A DNA stretch of 64,000 bases from positions 8,955-72,954 of the forward strand of contig CAUAJB010000001.1 in assembly GCA_958429225.1 (NCBI GenBank). The letters are read 5' to 3'. The stretch is from an uncultured Collinsella sp. Lineage in GTDB: Bacteria; Actinomycetota; Coriobacteriia; Coriobacteriales; Coriobacteriaceae. Made by a program: the position numbers and the translations under genes. Under the pieces are notes generated by a model that was given only the letters and a program-made list of their open reading frames with translations, made no database searches and was not told the DNA's origin. Position 1 is the first letter of the stretch, and every line of letters begins with the position of its first letter. Positions 17,389 to 26,049 of this stretch are shown here, one piece after another.

Positions 17389-19006
17389 GCTGCAGGTTTC
17401 TAACATTGCACTCATTCGCGAGGCGACGCTGGTGCCGAGTGCCGGCCTGACTGTCCTGACCGGCGAGACCGGCGCCGGCAAGACCGCGCTGCTCTCGGCC
17501 CTCAAGCTTATTTTGGGTGAGCGCGCGGATTCGTCGACGGTGCGCGAGGGCGAGGCGCTGGCGAGCGTCGAGGCGCGCCTGTTTGACGGCCCGCACGACA
17601 CGGAAGGCTTCACGGTCCAGCGCAGCCTTTCCGCCGAGGGCCGCAGCCGCGTCAAGATTGACGGCCGCATCGCCAGCGTGCGCGAGCTTTCGGAGCGCGT
17701 CGGCGTGATGATGGATCTGTGCGGCCAGCACGAGCACCAGCGCTTACTCGATCCGGCGCATCACGTTGCGATGGTCGATGCGTGGGTGGGACGCTCTGCG
17801 CTCGAGGCGCTGGATGCGTACCGCGCCTGCTTTAAGGCTTCGCGGGCTGCCGCTAAGGAGGTTCGACGTGTCGAAGAGGCCTCGCGCGCGCAGGGGAGCC
17901 TCGTCGAGGAGGCGCGCTTTGCGCTCGAGCGCATCGGCGAGGTCGACCCCAAGCCGGGCGAGTATGAGGAACTCGAGGAACTGCTGCCGCGCTCCGAACA
18001 TGCCGAGGTACTGGTTGCCACGGCTAACGATGCCCATGCATCGCTTGCCGCCGAAGGGGGAGCGCTCGATGCCGTGAATGGCGCCGTGGCCGAGCTTTCA
18101 CGCATGGCGACCGTCGATCGCAAGCTGGGTGACATCGCCGATGCACTTTCGGATGCCTGTATCTCCCTTGAGGATTGCGCGAACGAGCTTCGTGCCTATC
18201 GCGATGGCATCGCCTTCGATCCTCGCGAGCTCGCTCGCATGCGCGAGCGGTATTCCGACCTCAAGGGCCTGCTGCGTCAGTGGGGTCCGACCATGGACGA
18301 TGTTTTTGCCATGCGTGATCGCTCGCAAGAGCTGTTGTCCCTGGTCGATGATGGCGATGAACAGATCAAAAAGGCGCGTGAGGCACTCGGGAGCGCCGAG
18401 CGCGAGTTGTTTGCCGCTGCCAAGGCACTTAAGCGCGCCCGCAATACGGCGGCCCCGCGTTTCTGCCACGAGGTGGGCCGCCAGATGGCTCGCTTGGAGA
18501 TGGGTAGTGCCGAGCTCGTCTGGGAGTCGCGCGATCTTCCCCGTGCTGAGTGGACGCCCGTTGGTCCTTCGAGCTATGAGCTGCTATACCGCAGCGGTGC
18601 CGGCTTGACGCCACGTCCTCTGCGCCGCATTGCGTCGGGCGGCGAGCTCAGCCGTGTCATGCTGGCAAGCAAGGTTGTCCTCGGTAACGCGGACGGTGTC
18701 GATACGCTGGTGTTTGACGAGGTCGATGCTGGTGTCGGTGGCTCCACGGCGCGTGCGCTCGCGGGCGTGCTGGCAGATCTCGCCGCTACGCATCAGGTGA
18801 TTGTCGTAACCCACTTGGCTCAGGTCGCCGTCATGGCTGACAAGCATTATGTTGTCAGCAAGGAACCGGGCGATGTTCCCCAGACGCATTTGGACGAGGT
18901 AGCCGGCGAAGCGCGTGCCGCCGAGATCGCCCGCATGCTGAGCGGCGATCAGTCCGAGGCGAGCCTGGCGCACGCCAAGCAGATGCTTGAAGAAGCTCGA
19001 GGCTAG
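17378..19006 (+). CDS. recN: DNA repair protein RecN
   Basis: It shows an SMC-like architecture: Walker A GETGAGKTALL, a long coiled coil, the signature SGGELSRVMLA and Walker B LVFDEVD. Confidence 0.95.
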   Translation: MIDELQVSNIALIREATLVPSAGLTVLTGETGAGKTALLSALKLILGERADSSTVREGEALASVEARLFDGPHDTEGFTVQRSLSAEGRSRVKIDGRIASVRELSERVGVMMDLCGQHEHQRLLDPAHHVAMVDAWVGRSALEALDAYRACFKASRAAAKEVRRVEEASRAQGSLVEEARFALERIGEVDPKPGEYEELEELLPRSEHAEVLVATANDAHASLAAEGGALDAVNGAVAELSRMATVDRKLGDIADALSDACISLEDCANELRAYRDGIAFDPRELARMRERYSDLKGLLRQWGPTMDDVFAMRDRSQELLSLVDDGDEQIKKAREALGSAERELFAAAKALKRARNTAAPRFCHEVGRQMARLEMGSAELVWESRDLPRAEWTPVGPSSYELLYRSGAGLTPRPLRRIASGGELSRVMLASKVVLGNADGVDTLVFDEVDAGVGGSTARALAGVLADLAATHQVIVVTHLAQVAVMADKHYVVSKEPGDVPQTHLDEVAGEARAAEIARMLSGDQSEASLAHAKQMLEEARG

Positions 19007-19024
19007 ATCGTATCAGCGGTGTTG

Positions 19025-19057
19025 GTGGGACAAAATAGACTGAAATTTTTGTCCCAC
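19025..19057. terminator. Hairpin between the convergent genes recN and rpiR-like (probable bidirectional terminator)
   Basis: GTGGGACAAAA / TTTTGTCCCAC forms an 11-bp stem with A/T runs at the stem base. Confidence 0.5.
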
Positions 19058-19065
19058 TACGCGTT

Positions 19066-19923
19066 TTACTCCACAACCTTATCCGGCTGGATGAGCTCCT
19101 CGTAGTAGCTGATATGCTCACGCGCGTCTTCAATCTCGGGCAGCAGGAAGTTGTAGATGACTTCGATGATCATCGTGGCGCTGATCTTGGAGAACGCAAA
19201 GTCGCCTGTCGTCAGCAGCGCTTCGTGGTTGACGGTATTAAAAGTGTAGTCTGCCAGGCGCGCGAGTGGGGATTTGCTGTCACTGCTGATGACGACTACG
19301 GTTGCGCCGCAGTTGCGAGCCGCTTTTGCCATGCGATTCAATCGGCGCGATTTGCCGGAGTTTGAGATAAGCACGATGACGTCACCCGGGCGTAACGTGA
19401 GCGCAAAGCCGATTGATGTCTCGCTAATGGTGCTCGCCATGCAGCGCAGGCCCAGCTGCGAAAACTTAAACGTCGCATCGAGCGCGACCGCGTTCGTATT
19501 GCCCACAGCTGCAAACTCAATAACCCCTGCATGCTTAAGGGCATGCACAACAGCCGCCAGCGTATCGTGGTCGATCCCGTCGATGGTCGCATTAAGCTCG
19601 CTCACCTTGGCAGCCAGGATATTCTTGAGGCTCTGCTCCATATTGTCGAGCGAGACCTCGTCAGTCAGGCCCTCGTTACGCTGGCTTTCCAAATCCCTCG
19701 CCAACGAAAACTGAAAGCTGCGGAAGCTACCAAAGCCAAGCTTGCGGCAGAAGCGCGAAACGGTCGCCTCGGACGTGGCGGCGGCGCGTGAGAGCTGAGC
19801 GGCCGTGAGGCGCGGCGCCTCGGACTGGTGCTCCAATATATAGTCGACAATGCGCTGCTCGGACTCGCTGTATCCCTGATGGGTGCTTATGAGGGAAAGT
19901 GCGCTCTTGCTACTATCGGTCAT
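19066..19923 (-). CDS. MurR/RpiR-family transcriptional regulator (HTH + SIS domain)
   Basis: Start is ATG 19923 (MTDSSKS) with AGGAG upstream. It has an HTH (LTAAQLSRAAATSEATVSRFCRKLGF) and a SIS domain (ISNSGKSRR). Confidence 0.85.
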   Translation of the reverse strand: MTDSSKSALSLISTHQGYSESEQRIVDYILEHQSEAPRLTAAQLSRAAATSEATVSRFCRKLGFGSFRSFQFSLARDLESQRNEGLTDEVSLDNMEQSLKNILAAKVSELNATIDGIDHDTLAAVVHALKHAGVIEFAAVGNTNAVALDATFKFSQLGLRCMASTISETSIGFALTLRPGDVIVLISNSGKSRRLNRMAKAARNCGATVVVISSDSKSPLARLADYTFNTVNHEALLTTGDFAFSKISATMIIEVIYNFLLPEIEDAREHISYYEELIQPDKVVE

Positions 19924-20195
19924 GGATGGCTCCTGGTTGGCATGAAAATCCAATTTGATTTGCAATGCCATAGTATACGGGCATTTCCAATTACAAGATA
20001 CACCTTGCCGTTTCAAGTGTTGATGGTAAACTTTCACCTACCGTTTACGGTTATGAAAGAACCTTTCACCGGAGAATTGCACCTTGCCTCTTCTCACGCG
20101 GACGGTAGGTTGGTATCTTTCAGTTGTGGAAAAACGCGCATCGAAGCGCGTGTAGGGGAGCGCCCGCGGGCGCTGTACTCAAGAAGGAGGGACAC

Positions 20196-22205
20196 ATGGC
20201 TAAGTTTGACATCATCGCCGCCACCGGTTGCCCGACCGGCATTGCGCACACCTTCATGGCGAAGGAAGCGCTGGAGAAGGCAGCTGCCGAGCGCGGTCTG
20301 ACCATTAAGGTCGAGACTCATGGCCAGGTCGGTGTCGAGAACGAGCTCACCAAGAGTGAGATCGCTGGTGCCAAGGCCGTCGTCGTCGCAGCCGACAAGG
20401 ATGTCCAGGCTGAGCGTTTCGCCGGTAAGCCCATGGTTTCCGTTGGTGTTTCCAAGGCCCTGTCCGTTGAGGCCGCCGGTAAGCTGATTGACCGCGCGCT
20501 CGCCGCCAAGGGCGACAGCACGGTTGCAGCCGCTGCCGATGTCGAGGATGAGGTCGAGGAGAAGGAGTCCATCGGCCACGTCATCTACAAGCACCTCATG
20601 AACGGCGTCAGCCACATGCTGGTCTTCGTTGTTGCTGGTGGTGTTCTGACCGCTGTCTCGTTCCTGTGGGGCATTACGTCCTTCGATTCGACGGCGTCTG
20701 ACTACAACAGCTTTGCTGCGATGCTCAAGATCATCGGCGGCATCGCCATGAACCTTATGGTTCCGGTGCTTTCCGCCTACATCGCCGAATCCATCGGCAA
20801 GCGCCCGGCGCTCGTCCCCGGCTTTGTTGCCGGTATGATCGCCATCCAGGGCCTGCCTGTTAACGCCGAGACCGGCATGATCGATGCCGGTGGCGCCGGC
20901 GTGGGCTTCGGCTTCCTGGGCGGCATCGTCGGCGGCTTCCTTGCCGGCTATGTCATCTTGCTGCTCGAGAAGGTCTTTGCCGGTCTGCCCAAGAATCTGG
21001 ACGGCCTCAAGGCTATCTTCCTGTACCCGCTGTTCTCGACGGCTATCGTCGGCCTGGTCATGCTCGGCATTTCCGGCCCCATGGCTGCCATCAACACCGC
21101 CATGATGGACTTCCTCAAGGGCCTGTCCGCCTCTGGCGCCGTTGTCCTGGGTCTTGCCATTGGCTGCATGTGCGCCTTTGACATGGGCGGCCCGGTCAAC
21201 AAGGCTGCTTACGTCACCGGTACCGCTATGCTCACCGAGGCTCTGGCCGCCGGTGTTGGCACCGATACCTATAACTTCGGCACCAACTTCATGGCTGCCG
21301 TCTCCGCCGCCTGCATCGTTCCGCCGCTGATCACCACCTTTGCCGTCGTTGTCGGCAAGAAGTACTTCAGCCAGGAGGATCACGACGCCGGTGTCGTCAA
21401 CCTCATCCTTGGTTGCACCCACATCACCGAGGGCGCCATTCCGTTCATGACCAAGAACATCTGGCCCGTCATGCCCATCATGATGCTCGGTTCCTCTATC
21501 GCTTCGATCCTGACCATTATGTTCAACGTTCACGATCCGGCGCCTCACGGTGGCTTCCTGGTCCTGCCCGTTGTCGAGAACGGTCCGCTTTGGGTCCTCG
21601 CGATCCTCATCGGCGCTGTGGTCGGTGGCATCCTGTTCGTGGCCTTCAAGAAGTACGACTTCGAGAAGAACCAGAAGGCCGCTCCTGCCGCTCCCGCCAA
21701 GCCGGTTGAAGCCCCCAAGGCCGCTGCCGTCGAGGCTCCCAAGGCCGAGGCTTCCGACTTCGTGAAGGTCGAGAACGTCTTTGTCGCCGAGGACTTCGCT
21801 TCTCGTGACGAGGCCCTGAGCTTTGTTTCCAACCAGGCTGTCAAGGCCGGTATCGCCAGCGACGCCGATGCCGTGATGAATGCCTTCCTGGCCCGCGAGG
21901 CCGAGGGCACCACGGGCATGATGGAGGGCTTCGCCATCCCGCATGCCAAGTCCGATGCCATTACCGAGGCTGCCGTCATCGTCGTTAAGGACGAGTCCGG
22001 CGTGACCGGTTGGGACACCATGGACGGCGCTCCCGTCAACGTGGCTATCGCACTGCTCATCCCCGGTGCCCAGGCCGGCACTACGCACCTCAAGATCCTG
22101 TCCAAGGTCGCCGAGGCGCTCATGGACGAGGACTTCCGTGCCACCGTCAAGGGTTCTACCGACGCCGCCGAGATCGCCAAGACGATCAACGCCCGCTTGG
22201 TCTAA
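20196..22205 (+). CDS. fruA: PTS fructose-family transporter, fused IIB-IIC-IIA
   Basis: ATG 20196 follows RBS AAGGAGG. IIB has the CPTGIAHT active-site Cys. This is followed by the polytopic IIC, a Pro/Ala linker, and IIA (GFAIPHAKS). Confidence 0.9.
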   Translation: MAKFDIIAATGCPTGIAHTFMAKEALEKAAAERGLTIKVETHGQVGVENELTKSEIAGAKAVVVAADKDVQAERFAGKPMVSVGVSKALSVEAAGKLIDRALAAKGDSTVAAAADVEDEVEEKESIGHVIYKHLMNGVSHMLVFVVAGGVLTAVSFLWGITSFDSTASDYNSFAAMLKIIGGIAMNLMVPVLSAYIAESIGKRPALVPGFVAGMIAIQGLPVNAETGMIDAGGAGVGFGFLGGIVGGFLAGYVILLLEKVFAGLPKNLDGLKAIFLYPLFSTAIVGLVMLGISGPMAAINTAMMDFLKGLSASGAVVLGLAIGCMCAFDMGGPVNKAAYVTGTAMLTEALAAGVGTDTYNFGTNFMAAVSAACIVPPLITTFAVVVGKKYFSQEDHDAGVVNLILGCTHITEGAIPFMTKNIWPVMPIMMLGSSIASILTIMFNVHDPAPHGGFLVLPVVENGPLWVLAILIGAVVGGILFVAFKKYDFEKNQKAAPAAPAKPVEAPKAAAVEAPKAEASDFVKVENVFVAEDFASRDEALSFVSNQAVKAGIASDADAVMNAFLAREAEGTTGMMEGFAIPHAKSDAITEAAVIVVKDESGVTGWDTMDGAPVNVAIALLIPGAQAGTTHLKILSKVAEALMDEDFRATVKGSTDAAEIAKTINARLV

Positions 22206-22242
22206 TTTCACGGTACGCGATAACATCGCCCCCTGTAATGAA

Positions 22243-22277
22243 GGCGGAGCCCCTCTCCAGGGTCTCCGCCTTTTTTC
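22243..22277 (+). terminator. Rho-independent terminator of fruA
   Basis: GGCGGAG...CTCCGCC stem with an inner CCCT/AGGG pairing, followed by TTTTTTC. Confidence 0.8.
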
Positions 22278-22287
22278 TATCCCTCCC

Positions 22288-22360
22288 ATAAGTTGCGGTG
22301 AAATAGGGACTGTTTAAACGATTCAACTCCAAATTCAGTCCCTATTTCACCACAACTTAT
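22288..22360. repeat. Palindromic repeat element, family C, copy 1
   Basis: 25-nt arms ATAAGTTGCGGTGAAATAGGGACTG / CAGTCCCTATTTCACCACAACTTAT (1 mismatch) flank a 23-nt loop. The arm is shared with the element at 53494-53560. Confidence 0.8.
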
Positions 22361-22463
22361 AAAAGGGCATAGAGGGGGCTAACTATCGAGTCTTTGTCGC
22401 GAACAGTTCATCAGCCAGAATTCCGTTCGCACGATATTACTTTGGACCGACTGAGTTTCCGCA

Positions 22464-22615
22464 GCCTGCTCGCCCACAGGGGCCCGTGCGCGGCCTGTGA
22501 GATTTATCGCGAGTTCCGCACGAGCCGAAGAGCACTTAATGTGCTCTTCGTGCGAGCAGGACTGTAGAGCAGGAAATCTCACAGGCCGCGCACGGGCCCC
22601 TGTGGGCGAGCAGGC
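22464..22615 (+). repeat. Structured repeat element, family A/B, copy 1 (42-bp perfect inverted arms + 68-nt conserved core)
   Basis: Arms 22464-22505 and 22574-22615 are perfectly complementary. Core 22506-22573 equals the reverse complement of 60667-60735, apart from 3 compensated base pairs and 1 indel. Confidence 0.9.
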
Positions 22616-22752
22616 GGACGACAAACACATCTGTCCAATAATTCGTCTGAAACATAATGAAAAACCGTTTGATGTGAGTTAATATAAACAACGTCGTGAA
22701 TCTGACTCCTGCCACATGCATGACAGGGGTTAAACACAAAAAGGAGTCAATT

Positions 22753-23016
22753 ATGGTTTCTGAGAAGGCTACCCTCGTTAATCCTCAGGGTCTGCACATG
22801 CGTCCGGCTGGTCTGTTTGCCTCCACCATGGGCAAGTACGCCTGTGACGTGACGGTCGTCACCCCCGAGAAGGAGGTCAACGGTAAGTCCCCGATGGCCC
22901 TCATGGCTGCTGGTATCCCCTGCGGCACCGAGGTCGAGGTCAAGTGCGACGGCGCTGACGAGGCCGAGGCTCTGGCTGCTGCCATCGAGCTCATCAAGAG
23001 CGGTCTTGGCGAGTAG
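22753..23016 (+). CDS. ptsH: Phosphocarrier protein HPr
   Basis: ATG 22753 follows RBS AAGGAG (22741-22746). The active-site His context GLHMRPA and regulatory Ser context NGKSPMALM are present. Length is 87 aa. Confidence 0.9.
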   Translation: MVSEKATLVNPQGLHMRPAGLFASTMGKYACDVTVVTPEKEVNGKSPMALMAAGIPCGTEVEVKCDGADEAEALAAAIELIKSGLGE

Positions 23017-23143
23017 AACTCAAACGGGTCGCATGTTGAACAACTAAGTTCATATTTGGGGGCGCAGTGACCTGTTGTAAGGTAGCTGCGCTCTTTTGTC
23101 ATGGATATGGCAAAACGCTTTATCACATGACACGGAGAGAGGA

Positions 23144-24853
23144 ATGGGAATGTATCAGGGAGTCAACGCTTCCGAGGGCATCGGTATCGGCACCGTCATG
23201 GTCGCCGTCGATCCCGACTTGACGTTTGAGCCGCACGAGGTTGCTGATTCGGCAGCAGAGAAGGAGCGCTATCAGTCCGCTCTTTCGGTCTTCTGCGAGA
23301 AGACCCAGGCTCAGGCCGACCATATGAAGGAGACGGTGGGCGAGGCCGAGGCCGAGATCATGAGCGGACACATTGTCCTGGCTCAGGACCCGGGCATGAC
23401 TGACGCCATCAACGCCGCCATTGACGGCGGTACCTGCGCCGAGCAGGCGCTCATGGACACCTCGACCATGTTTGAGAACATGTTCCTGTCCATGGACGAC
23501 GAGATGTTCCGTCTGCGCGCGGCCGACATCGCCGACATCCGCACCGGTATTCTGGCCGAGCTGCTGGGCAAGGAGGTCGTCGACCTTTCCGTCCTGCCCG
23601 AGAACACCGTCGTTGTCGTGCACGACCTCACGCCGTCCATGACCGCCTCGATCGATAAGGCCCACGTTGCCGGCATCGTCACCGAGACCGGTGGCCGCAC
23701 GTCGCACTCCGCGATCATCGCGCGCGCCCTCGAGATCCCGGCTGTCCTTTCGGTTTCCAACAGCTGCACCGCGCTGCGCAACGGTATGACCGTTGTCGTC
23801 GACGGTGGCAAGGGTATCGTCGAGGCCGATCCCGACGAGGAGACGCTCGCTGCCTATACCGCCAAGGCCGAGGCCTTCGCTGCCGAGAAGGCGGCCCTCG
23901 AGGCCTTCCGTGGCAAGCCGTCCGTGACTGCCGATGGCATCAAGAAGATCATCGCCTGCAACATCGGTAACCCCGATGACGTGCCCAACGCGCTCGATCA
24001 CGACGCCGAGGCCATCGGTCTGTTCCGCTCCGAGTTCCTGTTCATGGACTCTGCTGAGCTTCCTTCCGAGGAGGAGCAGTTCAACGCCTACCGTAAGGTC
24101 GCCAGCGCGCTCAAGGGTGCTCCGGTCATCATCCGCACGCTCGATGTGGGTGGCGACAAGGAGATTCCGTATCTGCATATGGTCAAGGAAGACAACCCCT
24201 TCATGGGCTTCCGCGCCGTGCGTTACTGCCTGGCCAATCCCGACCAGTACAAGGTCCAGCTCCGCGCTCTGCTGCGCGCTAGCGCCTTCGGTGACGTCAA
24301 GATCATGATCCCACTCGTCACCTGCGTCGAGGAGGTCTTGGCTGTCAAGGAGCTCGTCGAGCAGTGCAAGGCCGAGCTGACCGAAGAGGGTCGCAAGTTC
24401 AACGAGAACATCGAGGTCGGCATCATGGTCGAGACGCCCGCCGCTTCGCTGCTCGCAGACCGTCTTGCCGAGGTCGCCGACTTCTTCTCCATCGGCACCA
24501 ACGACCTGATCGGCTACACCATGTGCGCCGACCGTGGTAACGACACCATCTCCAACCTGTACCAGGTTTACTATCCCGCCGTGCTCCGCTCGCTCAAGAA
24601 CATCATCGAGAGCGGCGTGAAGGCCGGCATCATGGTCGGTATGTGCGGCGAGGCCGCTGCCGATCCGCTGCTCGAGCCGCTGCTGATCAGCTGGGGCCTG
24701 GAGGAGTTCTCGATGAGCGCTCCGTCGATCCTGCGCGCCCGCAAGACCATCAGCCAGTGGACCAAGGCCGAGTGCGACGAGCTCGCCGAGAAGGCACTCG
24801 CCTGCAACACCGCCGCCGAGGTCAAGGCACTGCTCGAGTCCGCAGCTCGCTAA
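23144..24853 (+). CDS. ptsI: Phosphoenolpyruvate-protein phosphotransferase (PTS enzyme I)
   Basis: The phospho-His region GGRTSHSAIIARALEIPAV and the PEP-utilising domains (FRSEFLFM, IGTNDL) are present. The start is ATG 23144 or 23150. Confidence 0.95.
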   Translation: MGMYQGVNASEGIGIGTVMVAVDPDLTFEPHEVADSAAEKERYQSALSVFCEKTQAQADHMKETVGEAEAEIMSGHIVLAQDPGMTDAINAAIDGGTCAEQALMDTSTMFENMFLSMDDEMFRLRAADIADIRTGILAELLGKEVVDLSVLPENTVVVVHDLTPSMTASIDKAHVAGIVTETGGRTSHSAIIARALEIPAVLSVSNSCTALRNGMTVVVDGGKGIVEADPDEETLAAYTAKAEAFAAEKAALEAFRGKPSVTADGIKKIIACNIGNPDDVPNALDHDAEAIGLFRSEFLFMDSAELPSEEEQFNAYRKVASALKGAPVIIRTLDVGGDKEIPYLHMVKEDNPFMGFRAVRYCLANPDQYKVQLRALLRASAFGDVKIMIPLVTCVEEVLAVKELVEQCKAELTEEGRKFNENIEVGIMVETPAASLLADRLAEVADFFSIGTNDLIGYTMCADRGNDTISNLYQVYYPAVLRSLKNIIESGVKAGIMVGMCGEAAADPLLEPLLISWGLEEFSMSAPSILRARKTISQWTKAECDELAEKALACNTAAEVKALLESAAR

Positions 24854-24927
24854 TTTGGTATCAGAGGTAACCGCGTGGTTGGAATGGGCCGGCCACGCGG
24901 CCCTCACATATACAGGGGGTACTGTAA

Positions 24928-25860
24928 ATGTTCTACACGCTAACCGCTAACCCGGCTGTCGACATGACGGTTTCGAGCTCTCCGCTCGAGCCCGACGAGA
25001 ACGTCCGCACCGGCTCGGCCAGCTACACGGCTAACGGCAAGGGCCTCGACGTGTCCTTCGCCTTTAAGAAGATGGGCGTCGACACCGTCGCGCTCGGCTT
25101 CTTCGCCGGCTTCACGGGCAAGTTCATCGTCGAGGAGGTCATGAACCTGGGTTGCCTGTGCCGCCCGGTCTGGACCGACGGCATCACGCGCATCAACACC
25201 TACGTCAACGATGGCCAGCACGAGTACGGCATCCTCAACCCCGGCGCTCCTATTACGCCGCAGCACCAGGAGGAGCTCTACAACATCCTGGACACCGCGG
25301 GCGATCTCGAGTGCCTGATCGTCTCCGGCTCCGTGCCTCCCAAAGCTACGCCCGACTTCCTGGCTCAGGTCATGGAGCACGCTCAGGCTCGTGGCGCCGA
25401 CGTCGTCCTGGACCTGTCCTCCGACAAGCTCAAGGAGCTCGCTCACAAGAAGCCGCTGCTCATCAAGCCGAACCATCACGAGATGAAGGCCATCTTCGGC
25501 GTGCCGGTCGACACCGACGACGAGGTCCGCGTTGCCATGAAGATGGCTCACGACGCTGGCGTTCAGAACGTGCTGCTCACCCGTGGTAGCCGCGGCGACG
25601 CTTACTTCTCCAACGGCGAGGACATCTGGTACGCCAAGCGTGAGTTCAACATCAAGCTGGTCTCTTCCGTCTGCGCCGGCGACTGCACCCTCGCTGCGTT
25701 CCTGCACAAGTGGTACAGGGATCGCGACAACGTCGAGGAGGCCATGAAGCTCGCTATGGCCACCGGCGCCAACGTTGCCGAGTCCGTCGGCATTGGCGAC
25801 TTCGGTCACGTCGACGAGTACAGCAAGCGCGTTGCTGTCCGCAAACTCGATCGTCAGTAA
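24928..25860 (+). CDS. pfkB: 1-phosphofructokinase (PfkB family), paralog 1
   Basis: N-terminus YTLTANPAVD, then NGKG, and the C-terminal motif GAGD-like VCAGDCTLAAF. It lies in a fructose PTS context. Confidence 0.8.
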   Translation: MFYTLTANPAVDMTVSSSPLEPDENVRTGSASYTANGKGLDVSFAFKKMGVDTVALGFFAGFTGKFIVEEVMNLGCLCRPVWTDGITRINTYVNDGQHEYGILNPGAPITPQHQEELYNILDTAGDLECLIVSGSVPPKATPDFLAQVMEHAQARGADVVLDLSSDKLKELAHKKPLLIKPNHHEMKAIFGVPVDTDDEVRVAMKMAHDAGVQNVLLTRGSRGDAYFSNGEDIWYAKREFNIKLVSSVCAGDCTLAAFLHKWYRDRDNVEEAMKLAMATGANVAESVGIGDFGHVDEYSKRVAVRKLDRQ

Positions 25861-25888
25861 TCGAAACGCGACATATTCGTGCGCATGC

Positions 25889-25921
25889 GGCGCCCCGGTT
25901 TCGGCCGGGGCGCCTTTTTTG
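25889..25921 (+). terminator. Rho-independent terminator
   Basis: GGCGCCCCGG/CCGGGGCGCC forms a 10-bp stem followed by TTTTTT. Confidence 0.85.
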
Positions 25922-26049
25922 TTCCGCCATAGGGGAGAGGTGTCCTGCCGTACTTCATCGCATCCACACCGTTCACCGAGTTGTCCTAGCCTTTTACCGA
26001 TGCGTGGAATATACTTTCATTAACACGTTGCTTCGTGAAAGGAACATTC

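Noticed and set aside
19025-19057. A recurrent GTGGGACA motif in hairpins at 19025 and 58971, and GGGGACAG in the family-D element. I considered whether this is a single repeat family.
   Set aside because: The shared string is only 6-8 nt and the contexts differ (terminator stems versus repeat arms). This may be chance in GC-rich DNA. It is noted under the family-D finding as weak.
20094-22289. A 731-aa ORF antisense to fruA.
   Set aside because: It is a shadow ORF. The sense strand encodes clear PTS IIB, IIC and IIA domains.
22464-22615. The idea that elements A and B are invertible promoters (invertons) caught in opposite orientations.
   Set aside because: The arms of the two copies are unrelated, so they are different loci rather than two states. 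The invertible segment would be only 68 nt, no convincing -35/-10 lies inside it, and no recombinase gene is in the window. Population-level read data could still test this.
22379-22682. Overlapping 83-aa (-) and 61-aa (+) ORFs inside repeat element A, with analogous ORFs over element B at 60593-60953.
   Set aside because: Their similar-looking peptide segments are simply a consequence of translating perfect inverted repeats. There is no RBS and no conservation between the two loci outside the nucleotide core.
23063-23097. A weak hairpin (GCGCAG...CTGCGC plus TCTTTT) between ptsH and ptsI that could be a partial terminator.
   Set aside because: It has only a 6-bp stem with a 19-nt loop. The function is plausible but too weak to annotate.
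23123-24907. A 594-aa ORF antisense to ptsI.
   Set aside because: It is a shadow ORF. The sense strand encodes enzyme I with the phospho-His motif.
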